Shown: piece after piece, positions 37,201 through 52,200 of the stretch
Layout: the number at the start of each line of letters is the position of its first letter
Position numbering within the stretch: position 1 is the stretch's first letter
Source of the DNA: Ophelia neglecta
Lineage: Eukaryota
Reading direction: 5' to 3'
DNA: 64,000 nt
NCBI GenBank assembly: GCA_965285935.1
Contig: OZ260663.1
Span: 56,358,001 to 56,422,000 of the forward strand
Made by a program: the position numbers and the translations under genes
The notes under the pieces: generated by a model
The model's database searches: none
What the model saw: the letters and a program-made list of their open reading frames with translations, nothing else
Told to the model about the DNA's origin: nothing

Positions 37201-40200
37201 ACTTTGGAGGTGATGATGAAGGCACAGCATCAGACTGAGTGCAGCAGTGTCTGGTCAATATTAATCTTGTAAGGTACGGTTCACCAACAGACCTACTCAC
37301 TGGTTGCAACATATTGTGTTTTTTTTTTGCATTTCTTCAGGAACCAATAGTGCACCAGGCCTCCACATGTTGATAGACTATGGCAGGCCATCTGGACAGC
37401 TCAATTTATAATATAACATATAAAAGGGATCCCCCATGATTTAAGGACCTAGTCAGAGGTGAAAAAGCCAATGATTATGTTGTCATGGGGATTGAAGGTC
37501 AAAGTAAACTTCAAAAGTCAAGGCCAAGGGTAAAAAATATGGGAAAAGGGTGCTGTCACAATTATATAGTTCAATCATCACTGCAGTTGAGTTTTAAGTA
37601 TTAAAAATATGACACACTAAATAGTCAACATGCTTATGATTTTACACTAGTTTTTCTTACAATTCCAGACAGGAACAAAAAAGAGACTCTTGGGCCATCA
37701 GTACCCTGAAGACTGATAGAAAGATCTGAAATGATGATTCTGCTGACTTTTAATTTAACCAGAGGTTATTAAGATTTATCATGGAAATACTATTGACATT
37801 GCTTCCCACACTTTTCCATACCCTCTCAATACATAGTAGTGACACTCAATTATAACTATAAAATTAAAGCTTAAGAAATAATATATTCAGATGCTCTTTT
37901 GATTGCTGAAAAGCAATGTCAGACCAGATTTTTGCCATATTCTAGCTTCCAAAACCAATGATAAAGGAATGTGTAGGCCACAAATGGTTCAACTCCCTTC
38001 TTCCCGGTACCCTGACAGTAAACCTGACTGGTTAAGTCCCGCCGAGACACTGGTTGGCCAGGACAGCTGAGGAGATTACTCAACAAGAGCAAACTTAGCA
38101 TGAAGCTGCTGATTTAAGAAACACTGACTGCACTGTTTCACTGAGAGTGAAGCCCTCAAGTTTGGACTTACAAGTGACAACAATTGAATTATTGAAAAAA
38201 GCCCTTGCACTTCAGATTCAATTTTTAACCTATCCACATTTAAACAGCAGTTAGATAGTCCATTTTCTAAATTCATTTTATCATATTAAGTAATATTGAC
38301 AAGCTATGACAGATTTTTGGTTTGATTCTACATTACTAAATATTTAAGTATTCAATAATCATATATTAGTCTCTAGTAGAACATCACATGACAGAAAGGA
38401 GTCTGTATGTACTGACTGAGGGTTAAGATGATGGTTTGGAGTCATCAATTTAAGTTACTTAATCGTAACTTTAGGCTATTTTCATTCAAGTCAATATGCC
38501 TCTCATTCATGTCAATTTGACTTCATTTGACTTCATTTGACAGTAGCTCATTCATGGCACTTTTCAATTTCATGCCCTGATCCTTGGAGCACTTATTCAA
38601 TTTTTTAACTTCCATGTAAACTACCTGGTATCTGGTGTGGACTTTGGAAAACTTTAATGGCAGCTTACAAGACATAGCTCTGATACTACTGATCCTTTCA
38701 CAATGAGCACACCCTAGAGGACACACCTTACACAGCTAGCCACACAGCTGGCAAATAACTACCAACTTACCATCTTTTAAAACCTTGTCCTACACTTTGG
38801 CATAACATACAGTATTAGATATTTTGGCATGGTATACAGTATTAGATACTTTAAATCTCTCTGGTAATTAAACTCCTCTTGTGACAGGCATCTTATCTAC
38901 ATGCCATATGGATTCCCTTTGACAAAGTCTAAATGTATCCCAACAAAAACTCCCTTACACCCCTAATCTGGTAGTGTAATGATCATCTGTAAGTACTTGT
39001 ATGTTAGGCTCACAAACACAAAGCAACTCCTGTACGAAGCTATAACGTCAGAAGACAGGATGGAACGGCTCCTCTTGACGGCCATATTTGATGATGTGGG
39101 TGCTTCTGAGGGAATGTGTACTTTCAGAGAGAATACCTCATACCACTTTATATTCTAGGAAATAGTTTATGTTCCTAATCATACAGTGCACTGGGCAGCA
39201 AGCCCTTGGAAACCTCACTGCAAGTATTACATCGAAGATGTGCCTGAAAAAACATTAATTGGTACAGGCATAATCTGTATACTTCACCCAATAGATATGC
39301 ACAATCACATGGCACATTATTTGTAGGCATGAATATCAATGTGGGGAGTAGGTGAGAAGGGAGTGCCAAAAACATACGATGATAATTGGTGACGGTTAGG
39401 GGATGGCAGTGGGGGGGGGGGGGGGGGGGCGTGGGTTCATTGACACTTGCGGGCTTTAGATGGGATGGGTGGCGGGGGAATGTTTAGAGATCTGAGGGCA
39501 GATGTTGCTCAACAAAAAGCATGCTGGTTAAGATCCAGGTGTCTTAATTAAGTGACCAACGTGAACAGGTCTTTCTAGTCCATGTACAACAAATGCGATT
39601 ATAAACTAGAAAGTGTCACTATATCTGTATACAAACAGAGTCATGCCAACATAACACCTAGCTCCAAGCTAGGATGTGGATTTTTAGGGTTTAACAAAAC
39701 ATAAGCCCCATGTGGACCATTTGGTGTCTTTAAGTCGGGTATATCTCATGTGTTAGTATTTGAATTGGTTTTTTTTATCTCACCATGTAGTAATGATATC
39801 AGTAATAAGTTACTGAGCTTAATCTATTATTACTTTCTAGTAGTACGGATCAAAGATTTTTGTTCTAATTAAAAAGCAGAAGTAGATAAAAAGTGAGTCG
39901 ATAACTTGTTAAAAAATGTTCTTGAAAACCTCAAATCAAAAAAATTGCCTCTATATTAAATATCTACTACATATTATAGTAGAGGTCAATAGCTCTTAAG
40001 TATTAAAGGGTCTGTTACAGACAGGCACTTTCAAACTGTGTCTTTAAGGTGCCTACATTATAAACACAGTTTCTAGTTCTAGCTAGGCCTGCTGTCATGA
40101 AGGTACAAATACCTCTCAGCACTAGGACTTATTTTTAGCTACCAAGCTATATGGGAGAAATAACTTCCCAGGTCCTTTAATGGCAAAGGATTTATAACTT

Positions 40201-43200
40201 TACGTAGCTTTTTTTTTTTGCTAGGGAACCACTCAATCTCCTGAGTGGAGAGAAGTATGATTGGGCTAAGGTTCTTCCCAGGAAACCACATATTGCACAG
40301 GGGAAGTGATACCTATAGTTTATGTAGGACTCAGGCTTGACCACAACCCTGCCAGGCACTGCCACTGCCCACTGCACCTGGCACACATACCTTAAGACAT
40401 GAGGGTTGTATGGTGTATAGTATATATACTACTTGATGAAGAATATCCCAACTCTAGGGGGCATGACCTGGCAGAGAGGCGAGTGGTCAATTCAACAGAG
40501 AATACCAACTGCTAGCATGGTTTGTGATAACAAAATGTACAGGCCAATCTGTCACTGACCCCGCAGAAAACAACAGAGTGTATTAGAAAAGAATCCTCTA
40601 ACATACCTGACTTTATTGGATATTTCAGTGCCTATTTGTTCACAGACAAGTCCCTTTGCATAGTTTTTGGGAAGCTCCGCCTTTTCTGCTGATGACGTTT
40701 GTATCTCATCATAAATTGCCTGAAAACAATTCAAAACACAATCAATAACATTACAGTTGAATTTCTTAGCACCTCAAAAATAGATGAAAATCATCAACTT
40801 TCTTGCCAACCTTATCATCCAATATAGTAGGGCACTGCTTCTTTGCTGTGAGTAGCATATCGGTGAGACTCTTGTGTAGCTGGTGCTGTACTGCTTTCTG
40901 CAGATCGCCTGCTATCTGTTTCAGCTTGTCATCCAGGGCAGCCACATCTTCCTCCTGCTTTACAACCACGTCGTGTAGTATGGGCAGCAGCTGTATTGAA
41001 TAAACACACACAACTGAACAATGATCAGGACATATACAGTAAGGGAGCTTGTACTGCACGAACCTAAATACCTAAGTAATGCATTTATGTGATGTACAGG
41101 GTTGGATTTTAATTATGTGACAGGTTATTAATCATAAAGTGTCCTGGATATTATTATGTGATATCAGCAGTGAACTGGTTCTCCTACTGGGAGATAAGAG
41201 GGACCTTTTTAATAAATTTTACACTTACTGAAAATTGTTAAGGTTGCATTTGGGCATTTGAAACCATTTCACTGAATTGTTTGAAGAAATTACACCAATA
41301 TCTTTAATTACTGTTTAATTAGCTTTTGTAACTCCATTTATCAATTTATGCTACAATTCTCTGCAATATATGCATGACAATTTAACTTGCTGAGACCATT
41401 GTTTACATTAGTTTTGCCCACGTACCTGTTGTGAGGCATCCGCCTCCTTGATAAGACAATTGGCTTGGTCTATGTCCTTCTGTACACTAGATGACACTGG
41501 AGCCTTGCTCAGAGATGACATTATGTCCTGCAAGCTGACTACTACCTGGTCCACACACTGTAACCAACAAGTATCAAAACAGAAGTAGAATCAATGGAAC
41601 TCGTAACAGGTAAACAAGAATCATTTGGTTAGTCTATTAATGAAAAACTTATATCTGGCTGGTTCATTACATAAGTGTATTGAAGTCAGTGTTTAAATAA
41701 TAGCTGAATGATGAAGGGAAATAATGCTAGTATTAGAGATGAGATGAAATTGCATACTTAAAGAATGTTTAAAGTAGGATTATAAAAAGTTTAGGACTAG
41801 TGACCAGAATGGTGGATAAGCATCCTGATAATAGGTCCTCATATTTTCGGGAAAAGCTCCGTGCACTAACAGATGATGAAATCTATGCGTTTAATGGGCA
41901 TAATTAAACTGAATAAATCTAAAAGTGAATATATAATATCGATATCATTTATATCATTTCTTCCCAGTAAGTGGTGAGGTAAGCTACCTGCTGTGATGCA
42001 CTGATAAGGAAGCCTTGTTGGAGTCTGTAGCCCTGATCACTGGAGAACTTCATGGGACTGTGATTCCTCTGTAGCAGGAATTCTATCTCAGACAGTGCCT
42101 TCTGCGTCTTTTCCATATTCATCTTCATTGCTGAGGAGGCGTCATAGATAGGCGTGGGCATCTTTTTCATAGTGAAATTCCTGAAAAACATTGCTATTGA
42201 ATAAAAATTCTATTCTTTATCTCTGCATGTTAGGTGGTACTGCTATATATTTTTCTACAATCTATTCTCAACCAGTACATTTGAATGTAATACTATGTTT
42301 TGCATCTTAAAACATTTATACTTAGTTCCTTAAAAACTAACTCATCAGGATAGAATATGTTCCAATAATGGATACAGATGGGGAAATAAATAAACAAAAC
42401 TGTATGGACATAAAAGTAATGCCATTCCCAAACCAGATACATTCTATCATTTGACGATCAATTACCAGTATACATGTATTTGACAATGTATATTGTGTAT
42501 CACTGCAAGAGGTGTTGACAAAATACCTAAAACTAGATGAAACCCAATATAACTACTGTGGCTCTTCATTGAAATGCATGAGTGTCACATGCCTTGCCAA
42601 CATCTGAGCTGACACATTGTTTTATCACCCAGCCGTGAAGACGTCAGGCAGTGATTTTGAAGGCAGATATGGATTTCTTCAGGTTGATATTTGTGAAATA
42701 TAATGTTAACATTACCGGTCACCTTAAATCCATCGTTTTTATCTAAATATTATTTGAGATGATGCTTAATGTGATGTGCGCATAGTGTGATGTGATAATG
42801 ACAATGTTGTCCCCTTCCTCAGTCTGTTAGGTATGTATGTTTTCTGCATAGGCCTAAGATATCTTTTGGACTATATCTACTGCTTTTTTATTGGTAGCTC
42901 ATGATCGTCACAGAGGTGTGACATGTATTCATATCTGTCCTTGACCTCCGCTGGGCTGGGATTATTCCACCACGAGTGGATATGAAAATGCTGTATAAAT
43001 GGTTTAAATTCATTTGTTTACTTTCGCATTGCTAGAAAATAGCAGAATAAGCAAACAATAAACCATCATAACATATATATATATATGTCTGTGGCTGGAG
43101 TTACCTACTTTTGCAGGGCTGCTGCTATATCTTGGAAGCCATTTGGTGAGGTGTTATTGTAGTCCCAGTAGATGGTGTGCAGTTTGCTGTTGAGAAGGAG

Positions 43201-46200
43201 GGCCTTGGCCAGCATACGGGCCCCGCCATCACCCATGTGATTACCACTGAAATACCACATAAATCTATACACATTTCAAGAACTCATTCATTTCTTTAGC
43301 AGTCTGGTAACATACAAATAATAAAAGGCTATAAGCCACAATCTAATTGCTTACTTTACAGTCATGTAAGGTTAGAATGGTCATTTAACAAAGCCAGTTG
43401 ACTAGGTACATATATAAAGAAGAACTGCAAAAATATAGCAATATATATAAATATTATGCACAGAAGGAAGATTTAGTAAAAACATAACAAAACCAGTTGT
43501 TCGTTTTATCCATGTTCTATGTATACAATTTTAATGTCTTGACAGCTTAGACACACAACGGAGAACCATTATGCCGTAATCTATGTTATTGTCATCAAGT
43601 ACAAGGCTTTGATTACTGAAGTCATCTACAACACTCTAGTGTGGCATCAGTGTGACCTAGAGTTCAATTGGGTCCTGTAATTCTCTTAAATTCTGTATAC
43701 ATTTCAGAGTCACACTAAAATCATGGTGTAGCGCATCGCATTTTTTGGTACTAGACCCCAAATCTTAGTAACTGTTCCAATAGAGCTGGAATATAAGATC
43801 TCTAGTCTCTACCTGAGGTCCAGTTCTTTGATTGTACTGTTACTGCCAAGTGAGTTGAGGATGATAGCCATGTCAGATTTGAGCTTGGAGTCGCGTAACG
43901 ACAGAGACTCGATGGCCTGTACAACAATTAGGGTGAGAAAAATTTTAAACAAATGATTATAGTACATTTAGTGGTTAAAGTTTCCATATAATACATACAT
44001 AAAATTTAATTGAACATAAATTTCAGTAGTTGAATCTTTAATAAATTCAACTGCATTGGAATAGAGCATGCTATGTTCATCATAATAATAGTTACAATAA
44101 CAATTATATTAATAATAATCACAATGCTAACATGTGTAGACTGTAGACAATAATGAAATGATCAACTTACAGAGGATTCCTCTTGTATCATTTGGACCAT
44201 CGCCTCTAGCACCAGAGGGACAACCCTGACAAACAAATAACATCTGTTGTAGAGAATTCATGTACATAATACGTATCTGATTCATGTATGGTAAAAAGAG
44301 AGGTATATGACCATTTCATGTTATACTGACTTTTGTTTGATGCTGTTCATATTGTGTCCGATGCAAAGCTTCTTGATGTATTTATTTTGACTTAATTTTC
44401 CTAGCAATCCTATTAGGTCAGAGTCGAAGCCTGCAAAGAGAGAGTCAAACCTATCTTTGTGAATACCACCTAACATAACACTACTTGAAAAAAATCATTC
44501 TTACTTCTGGCGAGTTCGTTCTTTTTAATTGCAGATAAAAAGATTGCTTCCACTTGGATTTATTCAATATAACAAAAATACTGCATTTAAATTTTTGATA
44601 ATTTGTACCTACGTCAATAAATAATGATCAAAACAGAGAATAGTGTCCTGTTACTCATAACTAATCTGTAGTAGTAGTAACTGAATTAGGCCTAACAACC
44701 AAAGGGAATACGCCATAACATGTCTCGGCCCAATTCTATATACTTCTTGGACCATGCCTCGCTCAATCAGTGAATGCAATTATAAATGTTTTCTTGCAAA
44801 CAGTAACAAACTGATCAAAGCTGTGATGTGGGGATGCCCTTCTGCCCTTTCATTTATACAGAAATTGTTCCTTCACATTTGTTATATACTTCATTATATT
44901 GCCTTGTATCTAACAAAAAACATTTGATGGAGTCTCTCGGCTGAAATATTTGGCTAAACTAAAGTAGATTTGGGCACCAAACTTGCTGCTCTTCTCCAAG
45001 TTTTTCAAGAAAGCCTTTATTTCTGCTATGTATTAAGTGATGATTTAAAAAGTTTAGCTGGCCAATTTATTTAATTATTTTGGCTCTTAAATTTTTCATA
45101 ATATCATTTATTTACAAATCAGTGTTGCCAGACATCTAAAACTATTTGTTGGCCAAACTACTTTATTCAGATGCTGAACCACCAAAATTTCATTTGGAGC
45201 TTGGAATGATATATATACACCATACATTGGACCTACTTTTAATGTGTGTGCAGCCATCAAATTTGAATTTAGTTTCCTAGGCCCTAACCTTGAATTCGGA
45301 ATTTCTTAATCCCCCCCCCCACCATTGGGTCAAATATTGTTATTATTTTCATGCCCCCCCCCCCCCTCCCCTCTACCCACCAACTTTTTAAATTCATCCC
45401 AAATGCATTTACATGGTTAGTTTTATACATTGGGCATTGTTGTACTGACCGTTATCGCTGATATCGAGGGAGCTGATGGTGGTAACAGAAGGTAGGAGGG
45501 CCTCCAACACCTGAGACCCGGCCCCAGCAAGTCCACAGCCACTCAGACTCAGCTCCAAGTCATGGACGATCGGATTGCTGGCAAGACCCAGCAACAATAA
45601 TCTGAAATATAGCCAACAGTCTTATAAATAGCTATATAACTTAGAACTTAATTAGATGGATATGACAATGTATGAACAGTATCCAAATATTGAACATGAT
45701 TATTTATCTCAGTAGATTGGAGCAGATACATCTTTCACCAGACAATCATAGAACATATCACGAAAAGTCAGTTTACAAGACCTTAATTTTTCCTTCATAT
45801 TAACAAATGACAACTGATTCCACAACCAAATAGTACAGAGGTAATGACGTATTGTAAAATTGAACATTTTCCCATGCACTTATTTTTTTGTGACTTTTAC
45901 AAGGAAAACAATTCACGAAAAAGAAATACAGTAAAAATGTCTTTTCCCATTAACACAGTGGCACCAGTCAGTTATTGTAAGAATATGCTTTCATTCAGGC
46001 ACTTCCGAAAAAGTTCAGGCAATGAGAATTTCACGTTTACAGCATGGATAATTGGCCTGACATAACTCACCTAACAGACTCCGTAGGCAGCTTACAATCA
46101 GACAGGCTGATCACCTTCAAACTCAAGGCACAGTTGGCAAATTCCTTCCAGGCTAGAGGCACTATCCCCTCCTGCCTCGATTTACGGGTTTGGAACACAT

Positions 46201-49200
46201 TTCTGGACAGTAATAAATGACTCAGATTCTGACAGCAGCCACGCTTCAAAGCACCAAACAGCTGGAAACAAAAATATAATTATATTGAATACATAATGTA
46301 TAAACTGTAATATAGTTGCATTTGTTAAATAACTGGATTGCAGGATCTGTCACCGATCATGTCTTTCCAGATTCTTGATTGAGTGAGAGTAATTAAACTT
46401 TTATTAAAGGTCTCTGTGGCCAAGGTAATATAATTTGATTACTTGTAATATGTCATGCCTAAAAATGTTTGGTCACCTGTTTTTGTTGGTGGTATTTTTT
46501 TAGGTCTGCAGTGTATGATTTTGTAGTAAATAGGATATGGGCTCGTAGTTTATGCAGTAAATTTGGTATGGGCTGGTAGTTTAATGCAGTAAATGTGGTA
46601 TGGGCTGGTAGTTTAATGCAGTAAAATGGGGTATGAGCTGGTAGTCTAATGCAAAGGTTAAAAAAAGTTTACTTGTTGTAAACTCAGAGCGAAGTGCATT
46701 CTCATTCTAATTTCTTTCAAAATTAAAATTAAAATTCAACCCTTGATCAACATTCATGCAATCCTCTAGCCCTAAATAAATACTAAAACCAAAATGTTAT
46801 TAACTTGGTATTTACCTGTTCCAAGGCACAGTCCATTCCTGAGAGGTTCAAATGTGTCAGAGCATTCGGCTGGGCAATAAAAGTGTGAAAACTCTGAAGA
46901 TGAAAAACACACAAGTGTTAATACTAATGATTTCTCACTCTCTCTCTGGCGTGCCCTCCCATGCTTCCGTACATCATGCATAACTTACAGTGCTAAGGCA
47001 AGATATACTATTTTACTGTATACTTGGTAAATTAGACTTGATTATTACAGTACATTGCATTACATCTAGGCCTGCTGTGTGAACCAGTAGTAAGGGAAAA
47101 ACCCTGCTCATGTTTACACCAAATCTGTCCATGTATTGCTGGTGTATTCATTTTTGAGACCTTGAGAGCATATTTTTTAACACTTTTTTAAAAATAATAT
47201 GAGATTGTTGAATTTGGTTCTATTTACAGTGATATCCTCTGCTTTGACATTGTTTCCAGAGAGGTCGAGGTTTTTGAGCGAGGCAGTGATGTACTTGTTA
47301 CTACTGAGTGCCTCGGCCAGTCTGTTCACCCCCCGCGCCGTCAGGCCTGTGTTGGAGAGGTTGAGCAAAACCAGGCCTCTTGAGTGCTTGGTCAAATGAG
47401 TACACAGATGAATTATACCTGAGAAAATAAAGAGTAAACACTCAACAAAATGGTGTCAAGAACAGTATTATACAACAGTTGATTTTCCCAAAAGCTGATC
47501 TTTACATATTGGCCTCATGATTCAAGCATTCAGCATTTTCAGTATGTTATACATTCAACTTGCATTTGATACTTAAAGAAAAGGAAATATGACAAGAACA
47601 ATCTGACAAGCAGTACATGTAAATGTATATATCACAGAAAATATCAGCCTTTAGGAAGTCACGGTAACTGCAGGAGACAAATTGTTTAAACCCTAACAGA
47701 GTTCATGTTCCAATCAGCAAATATTAACTGAGGTTGAATTCATTTCCAATTCAAAAGTTAACTGACCTTTTATTAAAGATTATAAGTATGAACTTTAGAC
47801 ATGCATTCACTTCTTTATTGATAAAAAAAAACAAATGAAATGCATAAAAGCATGCATTAAAGCAATGTACCAATACATGAAGGTGTCTGAATGTCATATT
47901 GGTTTACATTCTTCCTGTAATTCTTTAAATATAAAAATCAAATCAAATGGTCAACTTCTTAAAATGACAGAAAATACCAAAACTAATTGCAAGAACAGAA
48001 CTTTTTTTCTAATATGAGAAGGGTTGACTCTAGGCAGACATAGCAGAAGGCAAAACAAACTGAAGCTTATACAGCATGTACAGGCTGAAACAGCATTTGT
48101 TACATAATATATGGTTATGAAGAATCATGTAACAAAGCATAAAACACTAAATTAATCTAAATACCTTTAAAAAAAACAAAAACGAGTACAACAGCTTTTC
48201 ATCAGCTGAACAAAATCCTTTACTATTAATGTGCACAATTTGCAAAATGTTATTTCACAAAACAATTGCATATTTAATTATATTAGTGCTAACTACTAGT
48301 AATTGGTATGCATCCATGGGGGCTAAGATATGAATGTATACATATACCTATTTGAAGTTTTTTGGGACACCCCATCACACCTAGCAGGTATATTTAATTC
48401 TCAAGTTGAATAATGAATATTGGATGATAGAAAACTAAAAATAATTACAAGTATAGAGTAACGAGCAGAATATCATCCCAATATAGGAAAAAAATATTTC
48501 TGGGATACGAGGACTGCTACTCCCCACATTTCAAGCAAACTTCAAAAGCAAATAAATCTAAACAAATTTGCAGGAGGGCAAAGATTAGCAAAAAAAAAGT
48601 GATGGTACACAATAATTTACATAAAAACCATCAGAAATAAGCACACTGGTAGAAGTGCACATATTCTGGTTGAAAGTAAAGGGTCTAATATTTAGAAAAT
48701 GAACAATTGCCAAATGTGTGTCTGCTGCCACAATGTCTTGAGTAAGAGTATGTGAATATGTGTAATAACTTTCCATAAAACCTTATAATTTTGCTGTCTT
48801 TATTCTTTTTAACTTCAGATCATAATCATTATGTTTGGAGAATATGCGTTGGTAATAATGCACCGGGCAGGACACATTTGGCACTCCACTGATCGAGTCT
48901 TTCAGCTTTGCAATTTTGGCCAGTACTATGCAAAATAACAGGTTTTACTGTAAAATTTATCTATAATACAAATGTACCAAATATTTGGTCACGGAAAACA
49001 AAAGATTTACCAGACATTCATTATTCATACAAACTCATATATACTCACACATAAAAAAAACATACAATTTATGGGTTGTAAAACAATTTCAAGTGCCTTT
49101 TACTCACACTTACACATATAAATATACTGATTGTGTATCAAAAGACCAGTGTCTTAGAAATGTACAAGTGCATATATATACAATGGCTAACATGAGAATT

Positions 49201-52200
49201 ACAAGTACATTTAGAAATCTGTATTCTTTCACCCACAGCTTGTACCACATACAGTGCATATAGTGTACACCATGGTAAGTCTAGAGGAGGCTTACCTCGG
49301 TCCTCTAAGAGGTTGTGTGACAAGTCTAAGGAGGTAAGTGCTGAGCTGGAGTTGGCCAATAGAGCCAAAGACAACTTCTGAGCAAACTCCCTGCAAAAAC
49401 AAACACATAAAACTATCAAAAAATTTCCCTTTAAAATGTATTACTACCATCAACTTCATATGTTTACATGATAAATGCCCTCTTATATAATGTATACAAG
49501 TGTATATGTATGTGACTTGTACATTTGTCAGTAGAGCCAATCTTACTACATAAACATTTTGTGATCTGAGTAATATACATGATCATTTCAGCTAAACAAA
49601 ACATTACCATTTTGCCCCATTGTTGCTCAATTTCAATGTTTCCATAGTTGAATTGCTCTTTACTACTTTCACTATTTCTAGGAATGCTTCTGTAGTCTGA
49701 AAGTAAAAACAAATATTTGCATTATTTTTCCCTAAAATTAACAGCAGTCAGAATGGATATTTTTGCATTCATTTCACATCCAGAGAACACTTTTATTAAA
49801 GCATGGGGCAAGTGCCCCTATCATTATCAGTTTTGAAATCCTGACTCCCCTTTTATTTTCATGCATAGTACACATATTAACAACTGTAATGTCATGTGTT
49901 TTAACCATACTATTTAATGATTTTTTTTTTAATTACTGAGTTGAAGCCGGATACATTCATTAAAAGCAACAGGACACAGTACTGAAGCCTGCTTTACTGA
50001 GGTAAAATACTGTGTTGCCACAGAGGTGCCGTCCTTGCTACACCGAGTACTAAATGTAAGATGTATTTCTCAGCCTGGCCACAGTTGCCCATGGACAGCT
50101 GTACCCATTGATGGAGAGTGTCTTCCTGGCTGTACACAGGGAAGACCACAAGCCGCCAAACAAACTCTGAGAGACAAAATGGCACATGTGCCTCCTACAT
50201 ATATAGGGACACGTTTGTCAAGTATGTTTTTTCATCCTGGGACCCTATTTAAATCTGGCTTTGTATTCTCTCACCATTACTTTACACACAATATGACATC
50301 TGTGGTATTGCCTGAATTATTATTTCACATAGAAGACATCTTTAAGTTACAGGTAGTTCAACTCTAATATCCTAAATGATATACAAGTAGCTGACATTAA
50401 AGTCAATAACAGAATTAATTAAATGCAGTAACTCACCAGTTATATAGAGTGTTTCAATATTGATTTTTATAAGGATGTGTACACAACAGGAAAACTCAAA
50501 ACCGTCTGATAGTTTGCTTGACAAAGTGAAACAGCCAAACTTTATTTCACTCACTAGTTTGATGTTGGTGGCACTCAGTCCAGTGAACCATTGGTTGTGC
50601 TCTAGGGCTGAAATAATGGGAACCAGATGCCTGAAACAAATAATAAAATGTTGGCTATAGGTTATTAGGCAATATGCTACACATTAATGGCCTTAGCTTT
50701 TGATAATATTGATTTTAATTTATCTAAAGAGGAACAAAGTAGATGCCTTATTTATACACTGATACATGTAAATAGAATGTTCAGTACATCAATAGATGCA
50801 GAAGTCCTGTATGATAAAGATGCTACACACAACTGGCACCAGAGAATTGGGTGGAAAGAAACTGTAATACACCAGGTTTGTCCCAAAGAAATGTATGAAA
50901 GGTAGTAAATACCATAAAACAGGTCCTGTATAGTGACTTGATTACTAGAAAAGCTGTCTACATATTTCAATAAAACGTGTTCCCTTCCCACAATCAGTAT
51001 TCATAAGCACATGCGGTACAGAAACCACTATCATTCATGGTGATAAATCATGTTCCCCAGATTACCCACTACATGGTACTTTAATTTCCAATTTGAGGTT
51101 TATTTGGGAACTATAAGGGGCAAGCTAGATATAACATTCTCCTTTTCTTTTCAAGTAATACTTTTTAAATAAAAGCTGCTATAATTAGTGCTGTGCTCAA
51201 GCTTTATTTCAACCCTAGATATCGGCGATAACATAAAATACAGAATACTAAACACAAGTAACCCAAGTAAGCAAATTTAACACAATTGTTGACTTGTTTA
51301 GCAGCAAAATTTATTTTTTAACAATGATCTTCTAGCAAATGTTCAATAGGATGTAAGCTCCATTCTCAATAGGATTTTGCATTAACAACTTAGTCCATCA
51401 TTAATGAATGTTGATTAGCGATAATCTATCGATATTTGGTTGTCGACTATCAATAACGTACATTGCTACTGATGCACAGCACTAGTTATAAAGGTGTTCT
51501 ATAATTAAAAGTTTTTGTTTTGGAAAACGCAACAGTATGAAATGGTGAATGTTACGGTAACCACAATGCACAAATTACTGGCAGGCAAGCCTATATCATG
51601 GAAAAACAAATATGGGAAACATTCCAGTTGTAGTCAGATGAAGGGATGAGCATTCCTTGGTAAATTTATTGTAACAAGAGTGCAATCAAAGATTGAGCAC
51701 AAATGCATCTTTCATGAGAAAACTACATTAACAGTACTGAATGCAAGATTCCTTGTTGTTAGGCAAAAGAAACTTGTCTCACCCAATATGATCATGGTCC
51801 ATCCTGGTTAAGTTAGGGCAAAACAAAGTTAGTGTCATTGGGAAGTGTAACACAGTAATACATATAGTGTACATGTATATATGTACACATATATACATGT
51901 GCAATGCATCACCACTAGGTGTAAGGTTTGTACACATTGGAAATGGTAAACTAGCAGCGATGCTGGCTTTTTTCAACTTTTCCAAGAATGAAGCTGCATA
52001 CATCAGACTAAAATGGCAAGCGACAAGCAGCATAATAATTCTTGAAGAAAATGAAACAAAAACTGTTCATAGCGGGAGAGCTGCCTGCATTGCAGATTTT
52101 CCGCTAAAGTATTTCACTCCTCATACTGTTAAATGAACTGGGGCGGTGAGTACAGCAGCTTTTGCATTTCATAACTTTAAACTGACCAACGAGTAATGCA

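Noticed and set aside
37135-37205. tRNA-like sequence
   Set aside because: It is the SINE head; no intact cloverleaf.
46525-46653. 32-bp repeats resembling a CRISPR array in unit length
   Set aside because: Head-to-tail with no spacers, in a eukaryotic intron; a minisatellite.
49994-50367. GC-richer intronic ORFs (113 aa plus, 63 aa minus) as a nested gene
   Set aside because: No recognisable domain or splice structure; the CARMIL model is complete without them.
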